A stretch of DNA of 64,000 nucleotides from NCBI GenBank assembly GCA_036918135.1, contig JBALDB010000053.1:128001-192000 (forward strand), read 5' to 3'. Under the pieces are notes generated by a model that did no database searches, was not told the origin of the DNA, and saw nothing but the letters and a program-made list of their open reading frames with translations. The DNA comes from Nostoc sp. Lineage in GTDB: Bacteria > Cyanobacteriota > Cyanobacteriia > Cyanobacteriales > Nostocaceae. The position numbers and the translations under genes were made by a program. Shown here one piece after another: positions 1 through 9,996 of the stretch; positions within the stretch are counted from its first letter, which is position 1, and each line of letters opens with the position of its first letter.

Positions 1-281
1 TGCTCAATATCAATGGCAATCACCAACCCCTCAGCGCGACAGTTAGCAATTCCTCGACTCAACCACCGTCCATCACCATCCAACCAAAAAAATAACTGCC
101 GCCCGATTCCTGGTAAATTGGGCAGCAGTTTATAGTAATCTCGTTCACCTTGTTTGAGTAAATCAGCGATTTCTGCGAGTTTCAGGCGACGTGATTCATA
201 GTGCTTTACTTGAGGTAGCCAATACCTGAGTTCAACTGTTTCCTGCGTACTTTCCCGAAGTTGAATGCGGATAGTTTCCAC
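1..281 (-). CDS. N-terminus of a protein running off the window edge, probably a CHAT/TPR-type protein
   Basis: Hand-translated from GTG at 281, open to the edge: METIRIQLRESTQETVELRYWLPQ...GRQLFFWLDGDGRWLSRGIANCRAEGLVIAIDIE. Starts 1 nt after the upstream stop. Resembles cyanobacterial CHAT-protein N-termini, but the catalytic region is outside the window. Confidence 0.6.
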   Translation of the reverse strand, partial: METIRIQLRESTQETVELRYWLPQVKHYESRRLKLAEIADLLKQGERDYYKLLPNLPGIGRQLFFWLDGDGRWLSRGIANCRAEGLVIAIDIE

Positions 282-282
282 T

Positions 283-609
283 TTATTTGCTGAGAGATTT
301 GAGGATTTCCGTGATTTCCTCTATGGTAGCTTCTTCGAGTAAAATCCTGTTTCCAGTATCAGGGTCAAGAATTACTACATCAAATTGCTTTCCTGGATGA
401 GATTGATGCCATTCTTGATACCATTTGCGGATTTGTTCAGCTAAAGCCACAGCACCGCCCACAATACCAACAATAGTAGCAACAGCCGCCAAAGTCCCCT
501 CTCTTTGCGTCGGAACTTCGTAGCTTCCCGATATTCCAGGAATTTCTAGCAAAGCCTCGGCTGCTATTGGTGCGTCTTCACCCTCAATCCCAACTTGAAT
601 TTCTGCCAT
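283..609 (-). CDS. small protein with central hydrophobic helix (EACC1-like)
   Basis: ORF track; likely ATG at 609. Contains LAAVATIVGIVGGAVALAEQIRKW followed by a short beta-rich tail. Confidence 0.7.
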   Translation of the reverse strand: MAEIQVGIEGEDAPIAAEALLEIPGISGSYEVPTQREGTLAAVATIVGIVGGAVALAEQIRKWYQEWHQSHPGKQFDVVILDPDTGNRILLEEATIEEITEILKSLSK

Positions 610-810
610 TAAATCACCTACGAATTTATACAAGATACTGTATATTCTGCGTTGAATTGGGGATAAGATTCACGCAAAAACACAAAGAGGATTGCAAAAT
701 TATTTACTTACAGTTGTACCAATTGTCTAAAATAAGGCAACAGACGCAAACCTGGAAACCTAGATTAAATCTGAGTTTCTTCATTTTGAATTTTGAATTT
801 TGAATTAATT

Positions 811-1395
811 ATGTCTCTTGCTCCTTGGCGAGGTGCGATCGCCCATGCACTTGATGCTAATAGTAGTCTTGCTTATGCTCGTTACCTCCAACTAGCAACG
901 GTACAGGCAAACGGTCGCCCTGCAAATCGTACCCTAGTCTTTCGCGACTTTTTAGAAGAAACCAACCAGCTAAAATTTGTCATCGATAGCCGTAGCGCCA
1001 AGGCCGACCAAATACAGCAACAACCTTGGGCAGAAATTTGCTGGTACTTTCCCAATACACGAGAACAATTCCGAATCGCTGGCTGTTTGACTCTGGTAGG
1101 TAATGATGATTCCCACGAAGATTTACAGCCAGCACGTATTTCCATTTGGCAAGAACTGAGTGATGCTGCACGTTTACAGTTTGCTTGGCCTGATCCTGGT
1201 AAAGCTAGAGTCAATGAAGCACAAGCGTTTGAGCCACCAGCACCCGACCCCGTGCAACCACTGCCTAATTTTTGTCTACTGTTACTCGACCCAGTGCAAG
1301 TAGACCATTTAGAATTACGCGGCGAACCACAAAATAGAAGACTTTATGGCCGTAACGAAAATCAAGAATGGTTTTGTGAAGAAATTAATCCTTAA
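811..1395 (+). CDS. pyridoxamine 5'-phosphate oxidase-like FMN-binding protein
   Basis: LATV..GRPANRTLVFR, D.RS.K, EICWYFP..REQFRI motifs; ATG at 811. Confidence 0.88.
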   Translation: MSLAPWRGAIAHALDANSSLAYARYLQLATVQANGRPANRTLVFRDFLEETNQLKFVIDSRSAKADQIQQQPWAEICWYFPNTREQFRIAGCLTLVGNDDSHEDLQPARISIWQELSDAARLQFAWPDPGKARVNEAQAFEPPAPDPVQPLPNFCLLLLDPVQVDHLELRGEPQNRRLYGRNENQEWFCEEINP

Positions 1396-1480
1396 TTTTG
1401 TCAGTTAGGAGTTATGAGTTTGGAAAGCACAAAGTTAGCATTTATAATTTTTATTCTTCACTCTTAACTCCTAACTTTAT

Positions 1481-2248
1481 TTAAATACCCGCACCATCTA
1501 GAAACTCCTGTATTGCTTTATCTCTAAGTCTACACACAGGGGCATTTTCTGATAAATCAGCTTCCTTATAAGCTACAGAACCTGCCAATACAGGAGTTTT
1601 TTCATTTGCAGAATGAGTATGTTGAAGATTTTGTATTTGTTCTTCTAATAACTCAATCCGGTTTACTAAAGCACGAATTACTTCGGCTTCCGAGTCTGGT
1701 AGGTTATTGTGTTCTAATGGGCTAACTCTGACTCCAGAACGATAAACAATACGACCAGGTATCCCTACTACAGTACAGTCAGAAGGGACATCCCTGAGAA
1801 CAACTGACCCAGCGCCAATACGCACATTATTGCCAATTTGGATATTTCCCAGGACTTTTGCTCCAGCTCCGACTACAACATTTTCACCCACAGTAGGATG
1901 GCGCTTACCGCATTGTTTACCAGTCCCCCCAAGTGTGACACCTTGATAAATTAGGGCATAGTCTCCCACGATCGCAGTTTCACCAACTACTACACCCATC
2001 CCGTGGTCAATGAACACACCATGCCCAATTGTTGCACCTGGGTGAATTTCAATTCCAGTTAAAAACCGAGCCAAGTGAGAAATCAGGCGGGGGATAAAGG
2101 GAAGACCAACACTATAGAGCCAGTGAGCCAGCCTATGCAATAACAGGGCTTGTAAGCCGGGGTAACAAAATAAAACTTCCAACCAGTTACGAGCAGCCGG
2201 GTCACGTTCAAATATGATACGAAAGTCAGCATTTAGAGTAGATAGCAC
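1481..2248 (-). CDS. cysE: serine O-acetyltransferase
   Basis: [23 protein letters not shown] and hexapeptide repeats. Confidence 0.97.
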   Translation of the reverse strand: MLSTLNADFRIIFERDPAARNWLEVLFCYPGLQALLLHRLAHWLYSVGLPFIPRLISHLARFLTGIEIHPGATIGHGVFIDHGMGVVVGETAIVGDYALIYQGVTLGGTGKQCGKRHPTVGENVVVGAGAKVLGNIQIGNNVRIGAGSVVLRDVPSDCTVVGIPGRIVYRSGVRVSPLEHNNLPDSEAEVIRALVNRIELLEEQIQNLQHTHSANEKTPVLAGSVAYKEADLSENAPVCRLRDKAIQEFLDGAGI

Positions 2249-2415
2249 GAGATAGCACCCTCGAAAAGCACAACAAGCTACTCTTCCATTTTATCGTCTC
2301 AGGTGTTACAGCTAAAAATTGGCATTGGGGATTGCACGTGGGGCAAAAGCGATGCAGGCATAGAGGACAGATTTACTGCTACTTCTTTCCTGCTTTTGTG
2401 CTTCCCTACTCCCCA

Positions 2416-2907
2416 TCACTGCTGCTCGACTGTCAGGGTATAGTCGCGCTTCATCCCAGGATTAAATGTACCTACCCAAATCCGATAAGTGCCACTTTTC
2501 CAGTTACGATCGCTAATGCTAGCATCTTTACTTTTACCAGTATCATCGCCGCAACGAATTGTTGTTTTATCTGGCCCTTGAATGAGTAAAGTGGTATCGT
2601 TGTTATTGCTATCAATTTGTATTGTCAACTGCGAAAAGTCTTTTTGCAAAACCATAATGTGATCTGGAGTAGGAGCTGCAAAACCGATACAGGCTCTCTG
2701 ATCGCGATCGCGGTTACTAATGGCAGACAAGGAATAAGAACCACCCGTAAACCCCTCAACTCTTCCTTGTGCTGGTTCAAAGTTTTTTGACAGTGTTAAA
2801 GTACCAAAATTTGCTGTTTGTGCGATTACAGGGGTAGCTGTTAAGGTAGTAATTATAGCTAACAGCCAGCCGCCACGAAACTGAAGTCGGGGGCGACAGT
2901 ATTTCAT
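2416..2907 (-). CDS. secreted hypothetical protein (PPC-like beta domain)
   Basis: Signal-peptide-like N-terminus; DTTLLIQGP..CGDD, GTYRIWVG. Confidence 0.7.
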   Translation of the reverse strand: MKYCRPRLQFRGGWLLAIITTLTATPVIAQTANFGTLTLSKNFEPAQGRVEGFTGGSYSLSAISNRDRDQRACIGFAAPTPDHIMVLQKDFSQLTIQIDSNNNDTTLLIQGPDKTTIRCGDDTGKSKDASISDRNWKSGTYRIWVGTFNPGMKRDYTLTVEQQ

Positions 2908-3336
2908 AGTAGCCCTCCAACAGGCTTTTAAAATAGTGATGATATATACATATTTTAGTTAAAAAATTACAGTGAAATTTCAGTTGGATGTGCCACATTC
3001 AAATGTGCCACAATTAATATATTTGAAAGTAAGCAGTTAATTGCTAGATTGTCTTTCGTTTTAAAGAAAATCATTAAAGGATGATTTGAGTAATTGTTTG
3101 ATTGAATTATCTACTAGCAATAATGAATTTATAGGAAAAACTAAAGCAATATTTTATTAAATTAACTTGGCTATAAACAACTAAAAAATTCTAAGTTAGT
3201 TATTAAATATTTCTAGATTTCGAGGAAATTTAACAGCGGTTTGCAATCATACACAAAGGCTCCAAAAACTTTATTAAATAAGAAAGTACAGAAGATAAAA
3301 TAGTTTTTTACCTTCTGTACTTTGAGTCTGAAAATC

Positions 3337-5037
3337 TTAGGAATTATGAAGTTGGAAGAAAACGCCGCCTTTGAAGGCTCTTGTGTCAGTTCCATAACTA
3401 CTGACTGTGAGCGATCGCAGATTATTAAAAAACGGTTTTCCTAAAACTTCTACTAGCTTGAGAATTGGGATTTGACGCTCTAATAAATTCTGGCTTTTTG
3501 TCCAGTCAAGATAAATATAGCCTTGGTTTGGTTGAGGAATCGCAGCAATACTATTTTGAAAGTTGGGATTATTGATTAAAGAATTGTTCTTCGCTGTGAT
3601 AATTTCATCCATTGTTTCAAGGTCAGAGGTGAAAACTTCGTAATTTCCTAAGGTTGTATGCGCTCCCCGTATTTTTGTCTCAATGTTGAATAATGCTCCG
3701 TCTTTGTCATTGGTTTTTTTACTAGCTGTGGTTAACTCTGTCCAAGCAGAAATTTTTTGGTTGTCTATAGTCAATGGACTGATGGTGAGTCCATTGGCTG
3801 AAGCAATCGCATCTAAACGCGCTACGCCTTGTCCTACATCCTCAGATTTTTGGGCTACAAAAATCCAATGTGGGGTTGTTTGCTCTTGAGGTAACAATGC
3901 TACGGCATATTCTCCCTTTACCCAACTAAAAACATCCTCTGGCAAATTTATTCCCCAGCGTTTTTGAGCTTCGCCTAAAGGTTTTACAAATTGAGAAACC
4001 ACATCTTCCTGAGAACCGTATATCGTCGCTGTTGCTTGTTTCCAGAGTTTTGCGAAATTACTGTTAGCCAAATTACTCAAATCCAAGCCAGAAATTGCTA
4101 AACCCGCTGATGCTGGAACATATTCCAATGCTCCTACAGATTTAGTTAATGGTGGAGATGGGGAAACAATTTCTGATGAAGTCACAAAGGTGGTTTCTGC
4201 TAGCAATCCTTTTTTATTCAACATCAAGGAAATGATTTCACTATTATATGTTTGCTCTGCCAGTTCTAATCCTTGCCATTTTGCTATGAAGGGAAGATTC
4301 AAAAAAGCCGTAGCTAAACTTCCTTTTGGTAATTGTTTGATAGCTTTTTGGTATTCGCGAGAGCTAGTCAAATTTAGATCTGGAGCTTGGACGTTATTAA
4401 TAGCCTCTTTTAGTACTTTCGGATCGTTAGCAAACAACACAAAGCCTTCGCCAACAACAGCACCAGCTAAATTATTTTGGATTGTGGATCTGGGAATTTG
4501 GATTTTATTTTCTGCGATCGCTTCTTGGTTGTCATAAATCACCTTTACACCTTTGTATTCTTCAACACCTAAGTTGGCGCCAGCTAGCGCTCGTTTAGAA
4601 AATAACAACTCCACAAACTCACGACTTTTTTCTGATTGTTCGCTTGCAAGTGCCAAAAGATACCCTGGTTGCTGTCCATTTTCCGGGTCGCGATCGATGT
4701 CTAGGGTGGTGATAGCCAGTGTAATTTCATTGCCTAACCAGGGTTTAATATCTTGTTGGTAATCTATACCACTCTTAGCCAAGAAACTAGTTTTGAGTTT
4801 AGATAGTTCGCCTTCACGCTCCAGTGCTTGCAAACGTTCAGGATTTGTCAGTAATGACACCATCACTGGCGCAAGTTTGGATACGAATATTGTTGCACCA
4901 GGTTGGGAGGTAGGAGCAATTAGCTGAGCCGGACTTTTTGGAAAAAACCAGTAAAAGCCTGCAATCGCAATCGCTAATACTGCGATCGCACCAGCTACGA
5001 TAAAACCGATGAATGAGCGTTGTCTATTCACATTCAA
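3337..5037 (-). CDS. DUF3352-type membrane-anchored protein
   Basis: N-terminal TM helix; DY..DIKPWLG.EITLA motif. Confidence 0.8.
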   Translation of the reverse strand: MNVNRQRSFIGFIVAGAIAVLAIAIAGFYWFFPKSPAQLIAPTSQPGATIFVSKLAPVMVSLLTNPERLQALEREGELSKLKTSFLAKSGIDYQQDIKPWLGNEITLAITTLDIDRDPENGQQPGYLLALASEQSEKSREFVELLFSKRALAGANLGVEEYKGVKVIYDNQEAIAENKIQIPRSTIQNNLAGAVVGEGFVLFANDPKVLKEAINNVQAPDLNLTSSREYQKAIKQLPKGSLATAFLNLPFIAKWQGLELAEQTYNSEIISLMLNKKGLLAETTFVTSSEIVSPSPPLTKSVGALEYVPASAGLAISGLDLSNLANSNFAKLWKQATATIYGSQEDVVSQFVKPLGEAQKRWGINLPEDVFSWVKGEYAVALLPQEQTTPHWIFVAQKSEDVGQGVARLDAIASANGLTISPLTIDNQKISAWTELTTASKKTNDKDGALFNIETKIRGAHTTLGNYEVFTSDLETMDEIITAKNNSLINNPNFQNSIAAIPQPNQGYIYLDWTKSQNLLERQIPILKLVEVLGKPFFNNLRSLTVSSYGTDTRAFKGGVFFQLHNS

Positions 5038-5174
5038 CCTATTAAAAAAGATAGTTCACAGCCATTTAAGCAGAAACCCCAGCCTCTGGCTGCGTCTTGT
5101 TGAGAATCGATGCTCATGCCAAGGCAGAAATTTTCTGTCACTATAAATGAATTAGAATTGTTCACAAAAGCCCC

Positions 5175-5534
5175 ATGACAGAGAACTCTTTTAGTCAATC
5201 TATTGCTCATATTAGTGTAGAGGAACTAGCACAACGTCTCGCTTCAGGCGATACAAGCATCCAGCTAGTAGATGTGCGAGAACCACAAGAATTGGCGATC
5301 GCTAGCATTGAGGGCTTTGTCAATTTACCTTTAAGTGAATTTGCCGAATGGGGAGATCAAATACCTACTATCTTCAATCCCCAAGCTGAAACCCTTGTGC
5401 TGTGTCACCACGGTATCCGCTCCGCTCAGATGTGCCAGTGGTTAATTGCTCAAGGATTTACAAATGTGCAAAATATTTCTGGTGGTATTGATGCTTACTC
5501 TAAATTAGTAGACCCCTCAATTCCCCAGTATTAG
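5175..5534 (+). CDS. rhodanese-like protein
   Basis: LVDVRE, CHHGIRS, GGIDAY. Confidence 0.93.
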   Translation: MTENSFSQSIAHISVEELAQRLASGDTSIQLVDVREPQELAIASIEGFVNLPLSEFAEWGDQIPTIFNPQAETLVLCHHGIRSAQMCQWLIAQGFTNVQNISGGIDAYSKLVDPSIPQY

Positions 5535-5961
5535 CCTCTCAAGCTTATACATTACTCAGATGGGACTTACTCTTCCATCTGACTTTTGCGATCGTGACAG
5601 TAGTAAATTAATCTGGAGGTTTGCTAAGACAGCTTGCGACTTTATACATTTAGCATAAATGTATGGAATTTTTAGACTTTAGCATAGCAGCGATCGCTAG
5701 AAAAATACGTATTTAATAATACTGTTTGCAATATATATTTATGCAAAAATACGGTTAGACAATCATCAGTCTTTGTAGTAAAGAGAGACTATATTCGCAC
5801 CACAGCTTCAACAGTGTTATATGTAAACTTTCGGATTAGTTATCACAATATATATAGTATAATCTATTATCTTAATTAATTATTAATAATATCTGTATAG
5901 CACCGAATCCCCAAACTTTTTCAAAGTTTGATTAAAATTTGCACTCAGCAAAGCATACCCT

Positions 5962-7098
5962 ATGGAAGTTCAGTTGACAAATCGACAACAGCATATACTT
6001 TGGGCAACGATACGTCACTACATAGCTACAGCAGAGCCTGTTGGCTCAAAGGCTTTAGTCGAGGAGTACGACTTGGGTGTTAGCTCAGCCACGATTCGCA
6101 ATGTCATGGGTGTTTTAGAAAAGTCTGGGTTACTTTATCAGCCACACACCTCTGCTGGGCGAGTACCTTCAGACTCAGGTTATCGCATTTATGTTGACCA
6201 GCTAATTACACCTTCTCTGCAAGACGCTACGCGTAGCTTGCTTCCACGTTCGCATAGCGTCCCGCAGGGAAGTGGTACGGATTTAGCTAAAAAAGTAGAA
6301 GTGGCACTGCAAAAGCGCCTCCACTGGGAAGATTGGAGTTTAGAATCTTTATTGCAAGGAGCTGCACAAATTCTCGCAACCTTGAGTGGCTGCATCAGCT
6401 TGATTACCATGCCCCAAACCACTACAGCACTAGTGCGACATTTGCAATTAGTGCAGATTGAAGCGGGAAAGATCGTGCTGATTGTGGTGACTGATGCTTA
6501 TGAGACACATTCTAGATTGATGGATTGGTCGCCAGCACCAGAGGAAACACAACGCGATTCAGAGGTAATCGATCGCGAGTTGCAAATCGTTTCTAACTTT
6601 TTAAATAGCCACTTGCGCGGGCGAAGTTTGTTGGAATTAGCTTATCTCGACTGGAGTCAATTAGATCGAGAATTCCAACGCTACGGGGAATTCCTCAAAA
6701 ATTCAGTTGCAGAATTGACTCGTCGTACTCTTGCTCCGACTGCAACACAAATTATGGTTCGAGGTGTAGGAGAAGTTTTGCGCCAGCCAGAATTTTCTCA
6801 GTTACACCAAGCGCAAACAATTATCCACCTGCTGGAAGAAGAACAAGACCAACTGTGGCGATTAATATTTGAGGAACCAGAGTCGGAAGATCTAGGTAAA
6901 TCAAAAGTAACTGTTCGCATTGGTGCGGAAAATCCTTTAGAACCGATACGCACCTGTAGCTTAATTTCTTCCACCTATCGCCGAGGCTCAGTACCAGTAG
7001 GAAGCGTAGGAGTTTTGGGGCCAACGCGCCTAGATTATGAAAGTGCGATCGCTGTTGTGGCGGCTGCTGCTGATTACCTCTCAGAAGCTTTCAGTTAG
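5962..7098 (+). CDS. hrcA: heat-inducible transcription repressor HrcA
   Basis: [37 protein letters not shown]. Confidence 0.97.
   Translation: MEVQLTNRQQHILWATIRHYIATAEPVGSKALVEEYDLGVSSATIRNVMGVLEKSGLLYQPHTSAGRVPSDSGYRIYVDQLITPSLQDATRSLLPRSHSVPQGSGTDLAKKVEVALQKRLHWEDWSLESLLQGAAQILATLSGCISLITMPQTTTALVRHLQLVQIEAGKIVLIVVTDAYETHSRLMDWSPAPEETQRDSEVIDRELQIVSNFLNSHLRGRSLLELAYLDWSQLDREFQRYGEFLKNSVAELTRRTLAPTATQIMVRGVGEVLRQPEFSQLHQAQTIIHLLEEEQDQLWRLIFEEPESEDLGKSKVTVRIGAENPLEPIRTCSLISSTYRRGSVPVGSVGVLGPTRLDYESAIAVVAAAADYLSEAFS
6212..6279. repeat. nested small dispersed repeats inserted in frame in hrcA
   Basis: TTCTCTGCAAGACGCTACGCG plus an inverted copy CGTTCGCATAGCGTCCCGCAGGGAA; related copies near 9651, 31030 and 31111. 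Confidence 0.75.
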
Positions 7099-7110
7099 GT
7101 TGCTAAAATT

Positions 7111-7788
7111 ATGACGAGAAAAATTGCCTTTGGATTAGTGTGGCTGGGATTCATTGTCTATGCTTTTCTGCTCTCGCCTCCCCAACAACCCGGCACATTT
7201 GAGTTGATTAAAAACTTGTCTATTGGTCAGTGGCAAGGTATTAATCCGTTGATAATAGCCTTATTCAACCTCATGGGTATCTGGCCATTAATCTACAGTG
7301 CAGTAGTATTTATCGACGGTAGAGGGCAAAAAATACCTGCTTGGCTATTTGCGATTCCTTCTTTTGCAGTTGGTGCTTTTGCCCTATTGCCCTACTTAGC
7401 TTTTAGGGAACCAAATCAGAAGTTTGTTGGTGAAAAGGATACTTTGCTTAAGCTGCTAGATTCCCGCGTAACTGGCTTTATCTTAACTGTAGCTAGCATT
7501 ATTCTAGTTATCTACGGCTTAACAGGAGGCGATTGGGGAAATTTTGTACAACAGTGGCAAACCAACCGCTTCATCCATGTAATGAGTTTAGATTTCTGTC
7601 TACTTTGTGTATTATTTCCCACATTAGTAGGGGATGATATGGCGCGTCGTGGGTGGAAAAATCCGCAATTATTGTGGCTAACAGCCTTGATACCGCTATT
7701 TGGTTCATTGATTTATTTATGTGTGCGTCCACCTCTACCAGAAGCTAGCGCACAGACGTTACCTGCTGAGGAACCAGTGGCAAATTAA
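7111..7788 (+). CDS. conserved multi-TM membrane protein (DUF2834-like)
   Basis: About 6 hydrophobic helices; IHVMSLDF, DDMARR; 12 nt after hrcA. Confidence 0.75.
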   Translation: MTRKIAFGLVWLGFIVYAFLLSPPQQPGTFELIKNLSIGQWQGINPLIIALFNLMGIWPLIYSAVVFIDGRGQKIPAWLFAIPSFAVGAFALLPYLAFREPNQKFVGEKDTLLKLLDSRVTGFILTVASIILVIYGLTGGDWGNFVQQWQTNRFIHVMSLDFCLLCVLFPTLVGDDMARRGWKNPQLLWLTALIPLFGSLIYLCVRPPLPEASAQTLPAEEPVAN

Positions 7789-7984
7789 ACTGTGTTAAGA
7801 GTTAACTGTTGACTGTTGAGTGTTAACAGCTACCACCGATATTTTTCACTCTCATTCAAGATTGCTATATTTATTCCTAGTTCCTAGTCGCCAATACCCA
7901 CTCCCTTTTAGCAGATGCACCTTTGCATCTAGGCAAAAGCTAGGTATATCCTAATCTTTGAGTAGAGTTTGATAATTTGAGATT

Positions 7985-8743
7985 ATGGCAGGACATAGTA
8001 AATGGGCAAATATTAAGCGCCAGAAGGCGGTAGTAGATGCGAAAAAGGGAAAAACCTTCACTCAGTTATCGCGAGCAATTATTGTTGCGGCCAGAAGTGG
8101 TGTGCCAGACCCAGCAATGAATTTTCAACTTCGCACAGCGATCGACAAGGCAAAAGCAGCAAGTATCCCCAATGATAATATTGAACGAGCGATCGCTAAA
8201 GGTGCGGGTACTTTTGGTGCAGATAATGCCAATTTTGAAGCTATTCGCTACGAAGGTTACGGCCCTGGTGGTGTAGCAATCTTAATTGAAGCCCTGACAG
8301 ATAATCGCAATCGCACGGCTGCTGACTTACGTGCAGCTTTTAGTAAAAACGGCGGTAATTTGGGTGAAACAGGTTGCGTTAGCTGGATGTTTCACCAAAA
8401 AGGGGTTTGTGTCGTCGAGGGTGTGGTTGACGAAGAACAGCTTTTAGAAGCATCCCTCGAAGGTGGTGCCGAGTCTTATGAAATGACTGAAGATGAGATG
8501 TCTGAGGTATTAACCGAGATCGGAAATTTAGAAAGCCTCAGCCAGATACTTAAGGATAAAGGCTTTAAAGTGACTGATGCACAGTTGCGCTGGGTTCCCA
8601 GTAATAGTGTAGAAGTTACCGATACTGAACAGGCGCGATCGCTTTTCAAATTAATTGACACTTTAGAAGGCTTAGATGATGTCCAAGATGTCACAGCTAA
8701 TTTTGAAGTACCAGAACAATTAATCACCCTCTCCATTTCTTAA
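7985..8743 (+). CDS. yebC: YebC/PmpR family protein
   Basis: [26 protein letters not shown]. Confidence 0.97.
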   Translation: MAGHSKWANIKRQKAVVDAKKGKTFTQLSRAIIVAARSGVPDPAMNFQLRTAIDKAKAASIPNDNIERAIAKGAGTFGADNANFEAIRYEGYGPGGVAILIEALTDNRNRTAADLRAAFSKNGGNLGETGCVSWMFHQKGVCVVEGVVDEEQLLEASLEGGAESYEMTEDEMSEVLTEIGNLESLSQILKDKGFKVTDAQLRWVPSNSVEVTDTEQARSLFKLIDTLEGLDDVQDVTANFEVPEQLITLSIS

Positions 8744-8848
8744 CCGAACATCTGTCAAAAGATACATAAAAGATTCACATCAATTTCAACCCTCTGACAT
8801 ACACCTATTGGATAGTTGGACTGTTGATTAATTGATGAGGAATTTCAA

Positions 8849-9025
8849 GTGAATAACTTCGTTAAAGTTTTAGTCTTGGCTTTAACATTTGCTGCTCCTG
8901 TAGCTATTTCTGTACCCACTGTTCAAGCTGAAACTGTCCACCATCCTCAGGTAAAAACTACCAAAGTTCATCACAAACATTACAAACACCACAAGCATCA
9001 TTCAGTCAAGAAAGTTCATAAATAG
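8849..9025 (+). CDS. 58-aa secreted His/Lys-rich peptide (not in ORF track)
   Basis: GAGG RBS at 8837-8840, GTG start; MNNFVKVLVLALTFAAPVAISVPTVQA-ETVHHPQVKTTKVHHKHYKHHKHHSVKKVHK; downstream hairpin. Confidence 0.8.
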   Translation: MNNFVKVLVLALTFAAPVAISVPTVQAETVHHPQVKTTKVHHKHYKHHKHHSVKKVHK

Positions 9026-9109
9026 TTACTCTTAATTATCAAAAATTTGTAGTAAATATGTAATTTATTTTAGTCTTCGTTTTGCTGCAAAATAATTGCA
9101 TTATTTAAC

Positions 9110-9144
9110 CCCGCTGTAATTTCTAGTAATCAGCGGGTGTTTTC
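9110..9144 (+). terminator. putative intrinsic terminator
   Basis: CCCGCTG...CAGCGGG stem followed by TGTTTT. Confidence 0.55.
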
Positions 9145-9284
9145 AATTAATATCATATCTGGTAAATCACTCATTATCTATGCCAAGGGAGTGAAACGAC
9201 GCAATCACAAAGTTTTTAAGATTGCTTTCCTCCGATCGCAATGACGTTCTAAATTTACTAATTATAAATCCTGCTGCTGTAATT

Positions 9285-9461
9285 TTATGATTGATTAGTG
9301 TCGGTATTGCCACCAACGATTGCTTGGAACACATTCCCTACTAAAGAGAAAAATGCTCCGAATAATAAGACGAGCATTAAGCTACCAAGGGCAGCAAAAG
9401 GAGAGGTGATAAATAAAACTAAGAACCCGAACATTAAAATCGTTAATAGTGTCCTATTCAT
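9285..9461 (-). CDS. 58-aa small membrane protein (not in ORF track)
   Basis: MNRTLLTILMFGFLVLFITSPFAALGSLMLVLLFGAFFSLVGNVFQAIVGGNTDTNQS; two TM-like segments, AAAGG upstream. Confidence 0.7.
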   Translation of the reverse strand: MNRTLLTILMFGFLVLFITSPFAALGSLMLVLLFGAFFSLVGNVFQAIVGGNTDTNQS

Positions 9462-9763
9462 GTTTTTTTGCCTTTGATAGTTGTTTATTTTAACCTAACA
9501 ATTAATGTCATCAATTGGTATATATCTAACTAAAGGAATTAGTCTAATTCTCTAGTAGCATTTTCAAACTATTCCCAAGGAATACTAAAACTATAGCAAT
9601 ACTATTTGAGTTGTAAAAAATATCAGTGGTAGCTGTTAAACGTCAGTTGCTTCTCCTGACGGAGACGCTGCACGAACAACGGTGGGAAAATACGCAATGC
9701 ACTAGCTCCTGTTAACTGTTGACAGTCATCAGTCATCAGTCAGCAACTTCAAACGGGATAATT

Positions 9764-9902
9764 TACAGCAGTTTGCAATTAAGTGAGGTACAGCAGCAAG
9801 GACTCAAAAATTAAATTATTCTTCTGCCTCCTGCCTCCAGCATAGCTGCCTCCTGCCTCAAAACCAGTGACTTTGTACTTCATCCAAACGAAAACTGCTG
9901 TA
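9764..9902. mobile_element. MITE-like element with terminal inverted repeats and internal CTGCCTC heptamers
   Basis: TACAGCAGTTT..TGAGGTACA pairs with TGTACTTCA..AAACTGCTGTA. Confidence 0.6.
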
Positions 9903-9996
9903 TTTGTTGGAGTTCCCTTGTTGATTGCTCTTAACTTGCTCAAAAAGCCGCGATCGCGTCAAAATAAGAGTTAAGATGCTGTAATTTATCTTCACA

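Noticed and set aside
5938..5964. CIRCE half-site TTTGCACTC before hrcA
   Set aside because: No matching second arm.
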